A stretch of 50,189 nt of DNA from NCBI GenBank assembly GCA_010672635.1, contig JAAHGE010000006.1:20519-70707 (forward strand), written 5' to 3'. Made by a program: the position numbers and the translations under genes. This DNA comes from Desertifilum sp. SIO1I2. Its GTDB lineage: Bacteria > Cyanobacteriota > Cyanobacteriia > Cyanobacteriales > Desertifilaceae. The notes beneath the pieces are model-generated. The model did no database searches and had not been told where the DNA came from. It saw only the letters and a list, made by a program, of their open reading frames with translations. Shown here piece by piece: positions 19,208 through 28,271 of the stretch. How positions within the stretch are numbered: position 1 is the first letter of the stretch; each line of letters begins with the position of its first letter.

Positions 19208-22200
19208 TCAACCTAGTACTGCTTGCTCCTCAGTAGCTTCATCCTCAAGCAGGATGGTGTTGAGAAGATTCAATTCACTAGATGCCATAAAGTAGCGATC
19301 GTCAAAAATTGTTTCTAATTGTCCAAATACCCGCCGCCCTGCCACAGCCACCCAAGGAAATGATCGATACTGTGCTATTACAGGCATCACCAAGCCTTGA
19401 GGCGTGAGGCAGCGTCCTAGTGCATTCCTCCAAGTTTGCGGGTCTTCTAATACCTGTTCCCGAATACCATCATCTAACTGCTCAATCCAAAAATGAGGAT
19501 AGTCCAGTGGTAGGCTGATTACAATATTCTCTGTTTTCAACGCCTGAAGTGTTGAGTATTCAAGGATTCTTTCCTTTTGTTCGCGAATCAATAGCTTGTG
19601 CAATTCCTTTGCTGGACGCTTGAGTTTTGGTGGAAACTTGGTTCCTTCATAAATCTGTCGTAGCAGTCCTAAAAGACGGCTGCTAGTCAGCTGAACATCA
19701 GTTCGCCATCCCTCAAAACTGAATCGCTCCTCAGTTTGGCGATCGCTCCAGTCTTCCATCCAAAACGAACCGATACAAGTTAGGCTCTCTGGAATCACTA
19801 GCGCTCCGGTATCCAACGAGGGTAATAACCGACTTGAAGGACGCGAAACCGTCTTGGCTAAAGCCTCCAAATCCTGATAATTTATATAGGATTTAGCATT
19901 CCTATGGGAGGCTAAACCTTGCAATTTGAAATGAGCAAAAATTGAAGAGGTTAGTTGCACTGCCTTGCTGACAATCCCTTTGACATCATCCAGGTGAGAA
20001 TCGCAGATAAAGACTCTAGCCTCGTGCAAGAAACTCCAAACATCCTCAGACATTAAGCTCAGCAATTCTTCGTCCCCAACTGCTCCAACGGGGACAAATG
20101 CGATCCGCTGTCGCCTGAGTCCGGCATCGCCTTTGATGCGCGTGTGAATTGTAGAACGCAACATCACGAGCAAAGTCAATAAATCGCTCGCCTGACGCAA
20201 CCAGACTCTTTGACGGTCAATGTCTTCTTCTACAACGAGAAAATCGTTGATGAGCATCACTAACCGTCTAGCTTTGTCATCTCCAGAAACTTGCGCTCTT
20301 GTTTCTGGATTTGTATACATCCCCCGACCCCGATAAATGAGTTGTGCAACTTCCATCAAAGCGGCTTCAATGTTGAAGCGGGGAATCGCAGCAATAATCC
20401 AATCTGTTTTGGGGAACGAGACTCCTCTTGCCCCTGAAGAAGTCATGAGAAAAACTCGGATCTGATCGCGTCGCGGCGGGGTAACCAGTTCCAAGCGTTG
20501 ATGCGGTGGCACGCTTTGATCCAGAACCTCTACCTGTTTGCTAGGCAATAGAGCATCTACTCCATTTGTCAACTTCTCCTGTAGCTGACGGAGAAATGCT
20601 TTATCTTGGGCAAAGAAAATTAGCTGCTGTGCGCCCTGTTTTAACCCGCGCTGGATTTCCTGATAAGCATTCGTTAACAACTCGTCTTCTAGTTGCTCTC
20701 GAATTGCTTGTCGGATTAAGAGCTTTCTACCATCACTAGTTAGCCCTGGTGTGATGGGTGAAAGGCGAATACTATAATCAATGCTTAGTTCAGACGCTGG
20801 ATAGCTATTTGTCATTACGTGTAGCGTCGGGTGTTTTTTGGGTCCTACTTTTGTATAAGTGCCCGTTACCCGAAACGGTGCTTCACCTTGACTTTGACTA
20901 ATTAGCACTTTATCAGGAGCGCGATTGCCGGAGTTAAGAAAGCTATTGAGAACAATTTCATTGCTCAACGAGGCATCGGCAACAATGAGAACAACCTTGA
21001 AGGGGCATTGAGTTCCCTCGAATGGTTCAATAAATTGCTGGTGCAAAAAGCAGGCTAACTTATGAACAAAAGGCGCTCCTGCACCATCGCCAGCTAATTC
21101 ATCAACCATCGCAATAATGGTTGGAATTCGCGCTCCAAACGCTAGACGTTCGTTTTTTCCAAGCGTCGTATTGGCTTTCTTTCCAAACAAATTGCTGAGG
21201 GCATCAACTGTAGTTGTTTGGTCGAGCGAGCGATAGCCTTGAATCGCCGCCGTCATTACCAACTGATTTACCTGCGGATTGCACGCAAGCAATCGTCGGG
21301 CAGCGCCTGCTAAGGTGCGTAATACACCCGGACGCTCTCGTGATTCCACGCTGTCTTCCCGTTCGGAGCGAGAACGCTTAACCCGAGTAGAGACGGCTAC
21401 ATTGCAATCAATCTCGTGTTCCTGTTCGGGGGTAAGGAAGACGGTACTGCAACTAGGTAAGCCAAGTTCTTCAATCCCATCTACAACAACAGCACTATCA
21501 ATCCGGCGATGTTCCCATCCATGTTTCTCGACTTGTTGTTTGTACCAGTTGGGAGCAGAAGCAATTAAATTGGCATTACTTGTGAGGGTTAATATACCAG
21601 TGGCATTCCCGTTATCTCTGGCGAGTTTTGCTGTGACATCTCGATTAATCACAACTCGTGGACTGACGTAAAGAAACAGGAAGCCTTGAGACTTTGCTTT
21701 GAGAAAATCCATGACAGCCGTAGTTTTGCCAATTCCAGGATTTCCCTCTAAGGCAATGACATTGAGCCTCCCTGCTTGGGCGCAATTTAAACCTGCAATG
21801 ACGGCGGCAGCATGAACTTGGCGTAACGGCAATTTTTCGTTCTGCGCTCGATGCTGCTCGAGGGCAAGTGCGAACTGGGATTGAGGATTTCCACCAAAAA
21901 ACTCACTCAGTGCTTCTGTTTCCTCAACGGCAGCGATCGCATCCTCCGATGACATCTCCTGCATCGGGTTATAAAATCCCTCTACGTTCTCCTGAAACAG
22001 GAAGTGCAGATCTCCGCCTAAGTCTGGCAGTTGTTTAATTTGCTCAGCTTGCTGTTTGAAAGTTGTAGGTAGCGATCGCACCAGTTTATTGAACACCAGA
22101 CGAATTTCTTGCTCTAGTTCACCAGGGGCATCATCACTGAGTTTGCGAACATCTCGATACGCTTCCCCCAATGATTTCATCAATCTGGCTCTGGGGTCAG

Positions 22201-23146
22201 CTTCTGGTTCCGTTCCTTTGAAATGAGCGGCAAGGCTTTCAAAGCCATTGGATGTTACCGCGATCGCTCTAGCACTAGAAGCTCCCTTTAACCGTCCACA
22301 CGCACACAAGAGGTGAATCAGGCGTTCAGTGTAGGATGATGCCTGACAAAGTTTGAACAATGGTTTATCGGAACCGCTAAATGCAGATAGATGACTCGCC
22401 AGATTGGACGAGAGCGAAAACTCCTCACCGTTTACCTCAGCACAAACCCTGGAAAAAACGCCGCGTGAATCAATGTAGCGAGCATAACGACTAATTTCTT
22501 CTCGGTGAGGGGTTTCAGTTCTAAAATCTGCCAGTTTCGCAGGCGCGTTATACGAGAATTCCAAACAGAGGATGAAGTTATCAAATTTCTGGCGTTTCTT
22601 CTGTTTTTGGGTAAGAGAGCTCCCATATTTATGCCTGAGATTCCCTTGAGTCTTCTCATCGGTCGATAACCATAAGAGAAAATCAGCTCTAGCTGGTTGT
22701 CCCTGTCGCAGTAAAGCCTTGTCTGGATTTCCTGGTAGGTTGAAAGCTGCTTGAAATACCCGCGCCGTCTCTTCTATTTCTTCGTCACTACCAGATAGCT
22801 GCCCTGGAAGCGTCAGTGGACACCAAATTGCTTCCAGCTTTGCTCGTGCGACAGGGTTGTGCTTGAGGCACTCCCGCATTGCCGTCCAGCCTAAACCATA
22901 GCCTAGTACCAGGAGATGACGCACCATCGTCCCTGCCCATTCTCGGGCATTCGTATCTGTCAGCTTGAGCGTTTTAACCAGTTGATTTTCAATATCTGCA
23001 TTTTTGACCGCTTGCCAAGGTTCGAGAACCCGTGCCCTGTCTGAAAGCAACCCTTGATGAATCAGATGAAGCAGAACCCCGCGTTTGACAGCAATTTCAA
23101 ACACCTGACCCCAAACGGATGCCTGAAGAAGAAACGATAACTGCAT
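19208..23146 (-). CDS. Large SF2 helicase-like protein with putative N-terminal PD-(D/E)xK-type nuclease domain
   Basis: Walker A GNPGIGKT, YVSPR (Ia), MVDE (II), ADAS (III), TSSGARGVSF (V), QLIYRGRG (VI). N-terminal ADFLLW...CLEFS pattern. ATG 23146 overlaps the upstream TGA. Confidence 0.75.
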   Translation of the reverse strand: MQLSFLLQASVWGQVFEIAVKRGVLLHLIHQGLLSDRARVLEPWQAVKNADIENQLVKTLKLTDTNAREWAGTMVRHLLVLGYGLGWTAMRECLKHNPVARAKLEAIWCPLTLPGQLSGSDEEIEETARVFQAAFNLPGNPDKALLRQGQPARADFLLWLSTDEKTQGNLRHKYGSSLTQKQKKRQKFDNFILCLEFSYNAPAKLADFRTETPHREEISRYARYIDSRGVFSRVCAEVNGEEFSLSSNLASHLSAFSGSDKPLFKLCQASSYTERLIHLLCACGRLKGASSARAIAVTSNGFESLAAHFKGTEPEADPRARLMKSLGEAYRDVRKLSDDAPGELEQEIRLVFNKLVRSLPTTFKQQAEQIKQLPDLGGDLHFLFQENVEGFYNPMQEMSSEDAIAAVEETEALSEFFGGNPQSQFALALEQHRAQNEKLPLRQVHAAAVIAGLNCAQAGRLNVIALEGNPGIGKTTAVMDFLKAKSQGFLFLYVSPRVVINRDVTAKLARDNGNATGILTLTSNANLIASAPNWYKQQVEKHGWEHRRIDSAVVVDGIEELGLPSCSTVFLTPEQEHEIDCNVAVSTRVKRSRSEREDSVESRERPGVLRTLAGAARRLLACNPQVNQLVMTAAIQGYRSLDQTTTVDALSNLFGKKANTTLGKNERLAFGARIPTIIAMVDELAGDGAGAPFVHKLACFLHQQFIEPFEGTQCPFKVVLIVADASLSNEIVLNSFLNSGNRAPDKVLISQSQGEAPFRVTGTYTKVGPKKHPTLHVMTNSYPASELSIDYSIRLSPITPGLTSDGRKLLIRQAIREQLEDELLTNAYQEIQRGLKQGAQQLIFFAQDKAFLRQLQEKLTNGVDALLPSKQVEVLDQSVPPHQRLELVTPPRRDQIRVFLMTSSGARGVSFPKTDWIIAAIPRFNIEAALMEVAQLIYRGRGMYTNPETRAQVSGDDKARRLVMLINDFLVVEEDIDRQRVWLRQASDLLTLLVMLRSTIHTRIKGDAGLRRQRIAFVPVGAVGDEELLSLMSEDVWSFLHEARVFICDSHLDDVKGIVSKAVQLTSSIFAHFKLQGLASHRNAKSYINYQDLEALAKTVSRPSSRLLPSLDTGALVIPESLTCIGSFWMEDWSDRQTEERFSFEGWRTDVQLTSSRLLGLLRQIYEGTKFPPKLKRPAKELHKLLIREQKERILEYSTLQALKTENIVISLPLDYPHFWIEQLDDGIREQVLEDPQTWRNALGRCLTPQGLVMPVIAQYRSFPWVAVAGRRVFGQLETIFDDRYFMASSELNLLNTILLEDEATEEQAVLG

Positions 23147-25257
23147 CACTTCCTCCGGTGCAGGACTTGAGAAACATGGCTGAGTAAGGCGAGATAGCTG
23201 AGTAATACCCGTCCTTTTCGACGAGTGTGCAAAACTTCCACTTCTCCAGCCGCTTCAGTGGTAGTCGGTGAGATCCAACTAAAAGGATCGAGTACCGGAA
23301 TAAGTTGTCCCTTTACGACCCCTCGTTCAGCTTCGATAAAATGCAATCCTCGCAGCACTGCAATCAAGCAGGGATGAACGCTAGACTGCTGTTCTGGATT
23401 TACTAAGTGTTGACGAGCGCGTTCAGTCCAGTCAATATTGCTAACCCGCTGGTCAGATACTAAGAAATAGACGCAGAAACCCGACTGCGGACGCTGCTGT
23501 TCTTGAATTGCAAAAAGTGTGGCAAATGTATAGACCGGAATGACATCACGCACGCGAACTTTTTCAACAGACTGCAAGAAATTTGTATGGTCTCCAGCAC
23601 GTAAGATTTCAAAGGCGGCTTCTCGTGCGTCGCGTTTATGCAATCTTGTAGCGGGAAATACATCCCGCAGCATTGTGTAAATGGTTAAATCGGGGAAAGT
23701 TTGAAAGACTTCTTCCAGAAATTCTTTATTGGTTAAGTGAGAATTGTAATCTGCCGCTCGGTTAATCCGGCGACCGCCATAGGCATGAGACAATAAAATA
23801 ATGTGCTTACATCCTTTGGCTTTTAGATAACCAATCTCTTCTTGCACCAGTCGTTGTTTTTTCAATTGTTGGGGAGAATCAACGACATCAAATTGCATTC
23901 GCTCCATCTTAAGTTCGTAACCTGAAAACGGTTGATGGAGTGCTGTAGCAACATAACTTTGGGTGATAAAAAGATAGCCCTTTTCATCTTCACTCAGAGA
24001 GGGCATCTCATCGCAGGGACGGATTGCATAGGAAATTAAACCAATCTTGGGGACTGTTGGAGGATTTGGTGTACTGATGGCAAGCGGAAACGCACTTAAC
24101 AAAGCGTTAAAAATGCCAGATTTAATGTATTTTGAATCTGATCGAGTCAGATTTGGAAGAACAACCCCCTGCATTCGGATGGAAGTGTTTTCAGCCAGTA
24201 TAGCTTCAAGGGCTTGGGCGGCTGCATAAACATAAGAATCGCCGCTTCCACTTTTTTCATCAGTTTCTTTTCCCATTGCTTGTAGCCGCAGCATCAAGGT
24301 TGTAAACTCAGCAGATGTCGAATCACCCGATTGCTTCAACCGTTGGATGATGCGCCACAAGCAGCAGTAAGCTAGTACTACGAAGGCAGCAACTGCTGCT
24401 GCATGATACTGCTTACTTTCCTCAGATTTTTTGTCGGGTCGCCGATTCAATGTGTCAACATCGTATTCAACTTGAATGGCGGCTGGTAATACCCATCCTT
24501 TTGCTGTAAGAGCGGTTTCAGAAACTTTGTATGTCCGTTGACCGTTTCCCCCCTTTTGAGAACAATACGGAACCCAACAAATTTGAAGGAGTTGCTTTGA
24601 CAATAAGCGTTGTGCCTGAATTGAATGGGTATTTCCTTGGGTTGCCAAACTGTATTCAGAAAGTTCAGTGTTAACCTTGACTGAGAACAAAAGTCCCGGA
24701 GTTTCTGGTTGATCGCAAATTTCAATGTGTTTGAACCATTCCACCTGTTCGCGGGAACGTTGTTGGGGTCCTACGAGCAAATCTCTCACGCCAGCTTCTG
24801 CCCCTTCTAATCGCGACCACTGGATGATGCTTCGCTTCACACAGATGAATTGTTGGGAAGAATGACGCTGAACTTGGGAAATTATCTTTTGGCTTTTCGT
24901 GCGGAGTATGGAAATCAAAGCTGTGGCAATTGATTCCATTGACTTGGCTCGTATCCGTAAATCCTGTAAAATCGTTTTCACAGCCTCTTTTCCTTGCGAT
25001 TGCAGGAAGGAAAGAAGTTGAGCCACTGAATTCGGTATAGTTTCTTTAGATAGCGAGACTTGACTATTCCGAGGTACAACAATTGCTAGGAATATCAGTT
25101 CGGCTAAACGGCGACAAATTGTTCCGGGTTGTAGTGGTGAGTTCTCCTCATTCGTGAGTAAATCTTCTTCAATTTTCTCAAGTCTGGCTTCAAATGCGGG
25201 TTTGCCAAATTCAGGATTTTCTCCGTTAACTCGAAAGCGATAGCTAACCTCCCGAGT
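23146..25257 (-). CDS. Divergent Argonaute-like MID-PIWI protein, 5' end truncated
   Basis: Frame stays open to a TGA at 25258-25260, 77 codons beyond the tracked GTG 25026. The C-terminal ~330 aa follow MID/PIWI strand-helix order; DEDX residues are not recognisable. Fold call is inference. Confidence 0.6.
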   Translation of the reverse strand, partial: TREVSYRFRVNGENPEFGKPAFEARLEKIEEDLLTNEENSPLQPGTICRRLAELIFLAIVVPRNSQVSLSKETIPNSVAQLLSFLQSQGKEAVKTILQDLRIRAKSMESIATALISILRTKSQKIISQVQRHSSQQFICVKRSIIQWSRLEGAEAGVRDLLVGPQQRSREQVEWFKHIEICDQPETPGLLFSVKVNTELSEYSLATQGNTHSIQAQRLLSKQLLQICWVPYCSQKGGNGQRTYKVSETALTAKGWVLPAAIQVEYDVDTLNRRPDKKSEESKQYHAAAVAAFVVLAYCCLWRIIQRLKQSGDSTSAEFTTLMLRLQAMGKETDEKSGSGDSYVYAAAQALEAILAENTSIRMQGVVLPNLTRSDSKYIKSGIFNALLSAFPLAISTPNPPTVPKIGLISYAIRPCDEMPSLSEDEKGYLFITQSYVATALHQPFSGYELKMERMQFDVVDSPQQLKKQRLVQEEIGYLKAKGCKHIILLSHAYGGRRINRAADYNSHLTNKEFLEEVFQTFPDLTIYTMLRDVFPATRLHKRDAREAAFEILRAGDHTNFLQSVEKVRVRDVIPVYTFATLFAIQEQQRPQSGFCVYFLVSDQRVSNIDWTERARQHLVNPEQQSSVHPCLIAVLRGLHFIEAERGVVKGQLIPVLDPFSWISPTTTEAAGEVEVLHTRRKGRVLLSYLALLSHVSQVLHRRK

Positions 25258-25283
25258 TCAGCGTCATTCTTCCCAACAATTCA
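24846..25283. repeat. 29-bp perfect inverted repeat enclosing 380 bp
   Basis: TGAATTGTTGGGAAGAATGACGCTGAACT at 24846-24874 and its reverse complement at 25255-25283; extends to 34 bp with one mismatch. Confidence 0.95.
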
Positions 25284-25355
25284 AAAATTAGCAGGCGTTT
25301 AAGCATAATTTTTGTCAGCGATGAGTATATCTATCCTATTCCCCTATTAGGAGAC

Positions 25356-25967
25356 TTGCTGCGAGGGATTGAAATTGTAGAGCTTTCTAATATAATTCTA
25401 TTCGCCGTTTTAGGATTAGGATTTGGCATTGCCTGCGGTTTATTACCCCGACATTTAGGCCGTAAAGTCAGCATTTTCTTACTGATTCCAATTGTGCCCA
25501 TCTTGTTTAATATTACCGGCTTAGTCCGCTATCGAGAATGGTTAAGAGAAGTGGGCGCTCAAGAAAGCTTGCTACCCGCAGAAGCACAAAGCATGACCAA
25601 TGATTTCTTGCACAGCCGGGTGGGTAAAAAAGGCTATCTCGGCTTTTACCTGTTTACCGCCCAATACCCCGTTATCCCCACCAACCAGCAGCAAATGGAG
25701 GAAATGCAGAACGTCGATAACCGCGTCAAAGCCCGATTTAACCGCATGGTAGGCTCGCAAGCCTGGATCGTCAATTTTATCTTTGCAGCCCAAGGATGGA
25801 TTCTGCGGCTATTTTATTTTGGGATTGCTGCCATTGCTACCATTTTTCACTTTCAAGAAGGGATTAAAGAGTCGGAAAAATTCAGTCGCAAGCATCCGAA
25901 ATCCCAGCCCGCGCCCCCGCAACCTAGAGTTAAAAGACCCAAACCTCAAGATAGCGAAATTTCCTAA
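25356..25967 (+). CDS. Hypothetical membrane protein, probably 5'-truncated
   Basis: Several TM segments; frame open from 25248 with no ATG; protein-like YIYPIPLLGDLLRG lies upstream of the TTG start. Confidence 0.6.
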   Translation: MLRGIEIVELSNIILFAVLGLGFGIACGLLPRHLGRKVSIFLLIPIVPILFNITGLVRYREWLREVGAQESLLPAEAQSMTNDFLHSRVGKKGYLGFYLFTAQYPVIPTNQQQMEEMQNVDNRVKARFNRMVGSQAWIVNFIFAAQGWILRLFYFGIAAIATIFHFQEGIKESEKFSRKHPKSQPAPPQPRVKRPKPQDSEIS

Positions 25968-27358
25968 ACGCGATCGCCCTTCACCCCCATCGTCAATTCT
26001 TGGCGCAGGCGATAGAGAATCGTATTGGGTTCTACCTGATTGAGAATATCTTGAATCACCGTATTCGCCCCCAAAGGTCCCCAAGTGCATCCCTGTTCGA
26101 GGTAGACTTGAGCCACCCGTCCCACCTTATACGCCCCGTATCCGGCTAATGTAGCTTGAGCGATCGCCGTTCCTGCATAAGCCGTCACGCTTAACGCCCC
26201 CTCTCCAGCAGCCCCCACAGCAGCGGCGGTACTTTTACCCAACCCCATCAATAGGCTACTGCCCAACTCGCCGAGTAACAAACCCCCAGAACTGAGTAAA
26301 ATCGTCTTCCAGAGTTTCCCCGCCTCATAATTGGTCATCGGCAAGTCGTATAATTTCCCCAACGCCCGAATCAGCGCCAAATCTGCCCCTGCACCTCCTA
26401 CAAGGTCTAGAATCGCAATGGGATTGGCTGCTACTGCGATCGCCTTATAGCGAGCAAACTTCCAGATTAACGCCTCCGCTTCGCGATCGCGCAACTCCAA
26501 CGTCTTGCGGGCAATATTGACGCTGGCTTCCCGCGCCTGTACCATCGCATTCAACGCCAACAAGCTGCGTCCCTCGCGGTTGAGTAACTCCAACAGCTTG
26601 TGCTTCAGTTCGTCTACCTGCGGCTTCGGCGTCTCCCACTCATACGTCACCCGTCCATCGGGCCATTCTAAGCGCATCTGGCGCGGAATTGGATCGGCTG
26701 CAACCCGGACAATTTCATTCGGCGTGAGTAGCTTGCTTTGCGCTTCCGTCGCGCCCAACTGCTGTAACTTGCGATAAATCGCCTCAATATCCTGTTCCGG
26801 GTACAAATCCGTTTTATTAAACACCAAAATTAGCGGTTTCTGGGCTTGTTCCAACTCCAGCAGCGCCTGATATTCCGTCCGGGTAATATCTCCCGCCACA
26901 ATAAATAGAATTAAATCGGACTGACGCGCCACCGATCGCGCCATCTCCGCCCGCGCTTGTCCTTGAATCTCATCTAACCCTGGCGTGTCAATTAACTCAA
27001 CTTGCACCTTGCCATTATTCTGAGGCGTCCACCGCACCGAACGCGGCCATTGCGTCACCCCATTTAACGGCCCCGTTTGCAAAACCTTTTCTCCCATTAA
27101 GGCATTGAGAACGGCCGACTTCCCGCGACTGACTAAACCAAACGCCGCGATCCGAATTACCCCTTGGTCGAGTTTATCTAAGCTGGACTTTAAGACCTCA
27201 ACTTCCGGCTTTAAGGCCGCTTGCAGGCTTGGGTTCAGGGCAATTTGCCGATGGCGGTTGAGTTGTCCATACTGCGCGATCGCCTGTTTCAGACTCGCGC
27301 GGGCGCTTTTGAGATGAGACTCTTGCAGGTTCGGTTGAGGAGAAGGTGAGTTGCTCAA
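25964..27358 (-). CDS. Era-like GTP-binding protein with DUF697-type C-terminus
   Basis: GLVSRGKS, DTPG, NKTD; C-terminal hydrophobic helices. Confidence 0.9.
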   Translation of the reverse strand: MSNSPSPQPNLQESHLKSARASLKQAIAQYGQLNRHRQIALNPSLQAALKPEVEVLKSSLDKLDQGVIRIAAFGLVSRGKSAVLNALMGEKVLQTGPLNGVTQWPRSVRWTPQNNGKVQVELIDTPGLDEIQGQARAEMARSVARQSDLILFIVAGDITRTEYQALLELEQAQKPLILVFNKTDLYPEQDIEAIYRKLQQLGATEAQSKLLTPNEIVRVAADPIPRQMRLEWPDGRVTYEWETPKPQVDELKHKLLELLNREGRSLLALNAMVQAREASVNIARKTLELRDREAEALIWKFARYKAIAVAANPIAILDLVGGAGADLALIRALGKLYDLPMTNYEAGKLWKTILLSSGGLLLGELGSSLLMGLGKSTAAAVGAAGEGALSVTAYAGTAIAQATLAGYGAYKVGRVAQVYLEQGCTWGPLGANTVIQDILNQVEPNTILYRLRQELTMGVKGDRV

Positions 27359-27705
27359 GGTGGAATTGCACAGAAAAACGGGCTATATCCATTCTCTCTT
27401 AGCGTTTAATGACTCAAATGGCAAGGGGAGTGCGGATTCTTCGACTGCTCGCGCGCGCGAGTGGGGGTTAGACCCACCGAGCTGCTCAATTTGATGATAA
27501 TTTTTCGCGATCGCCTGCTACAAATTCATAAAAAATTCAGTTTCTGGCTCTGAATTGTCTATCCTAAAGCAGATTTTCAACATTGGATTTGCAGCGACAC
27601 TATAAGAGATTTGCAAATCACAGTCAAAATCTATAAAAACGACCAGAGTTTAAAATACCATTAACCTCTTGAACTAAGAGGATGGGTTATGTCTGGCTCG
27701 GTGAC

Positions 27706-27748
27706 AGCAGGCTTTTATTCCTAAAGTTTTTAGCAGTAAAAGCCTGCT
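27706..27748. promoter_or_regulatory. 12-bp inverted repeat hairpin upstream of the SLH gene
   Basis: AGCAGGCTTTTA (27706-27717) / TAAAAGCCTGCT (27737-27748). Confidence 0.4.
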
Positions 27749-27934
27749 CTTCTAAATTCCTAGGAATTGCCTTTGCTCCAAGACGATCTATTGATTGATA
27801 GCCAAGGGCTAAGTCAAACTGAGTTAGGCGAGTTGAGGCTGTCTTAACTTGATGGAGTACGACTCTAACCCTCCAAAAATTGGCTCGATCGGTCGCGCTA
27901 TGCTAGAGAAAATCGCTAACCGACCATTGTTTCT

Positions 27935-28267
27935 ATGCTTAAACTTCTCCGAAAAATCTCCTGGAGTCTAGCCCTTTTTGCGATCGCGCAACCTTCTGAA
28001 GCTTCATTTGCTCAAACCCAACCCCCTCCTAGCGTTAGCGGTTGTCTGACTGGATATCCCGATGGCAGCTTTCGCGGCAACCAACCCGTGACGCGCTACG
28101 AGTTTGCAGCCGCCTTAAACACCTGTTTAGATGGAGTCAACTCGCAGTTAGAAGGCATTAGCCAAGACGCTCCAACTGCTGAAGAAATTGCTAATTTTAG
28201 GCGCTTGCTAGAACAAAATCGCCGGGAACTCGACAGCCTCAATCAACGGTTGGATAGACTCAACTAA
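27935..28267 (+). CDS. Short S-layer homology (SLH) domain protein
   Basis: Signal peptide, GCLTGYPDGSFRGNQPVTRYEFAAALN, coiled-coil tail. Confidence 0.85.
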   Translation: MLKLLRKISWSLALFAIAQPSEASFAQTQPPPSVSGCLTGYPDGSFRGNQPVTRYEFAAALNTCLDGVNSQLEGISQDAPTAEEIANFRRLLEQNRRELDSLNQRLDRLN

Positions 28268-28271
28268 GGTC

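Noticed and set aside
19208-25257. Assignment to pPIWI-RE, short pAgo (APAZ) systems or DdmDE proper
   Set aside because: No separate REase gene or DinG Fe-S motif, no TIR/SIR2-APAZ partner, and the helicase domain order differs from DdmD as far as can be judged by eye. Kept as an unassigned Ago-like system.
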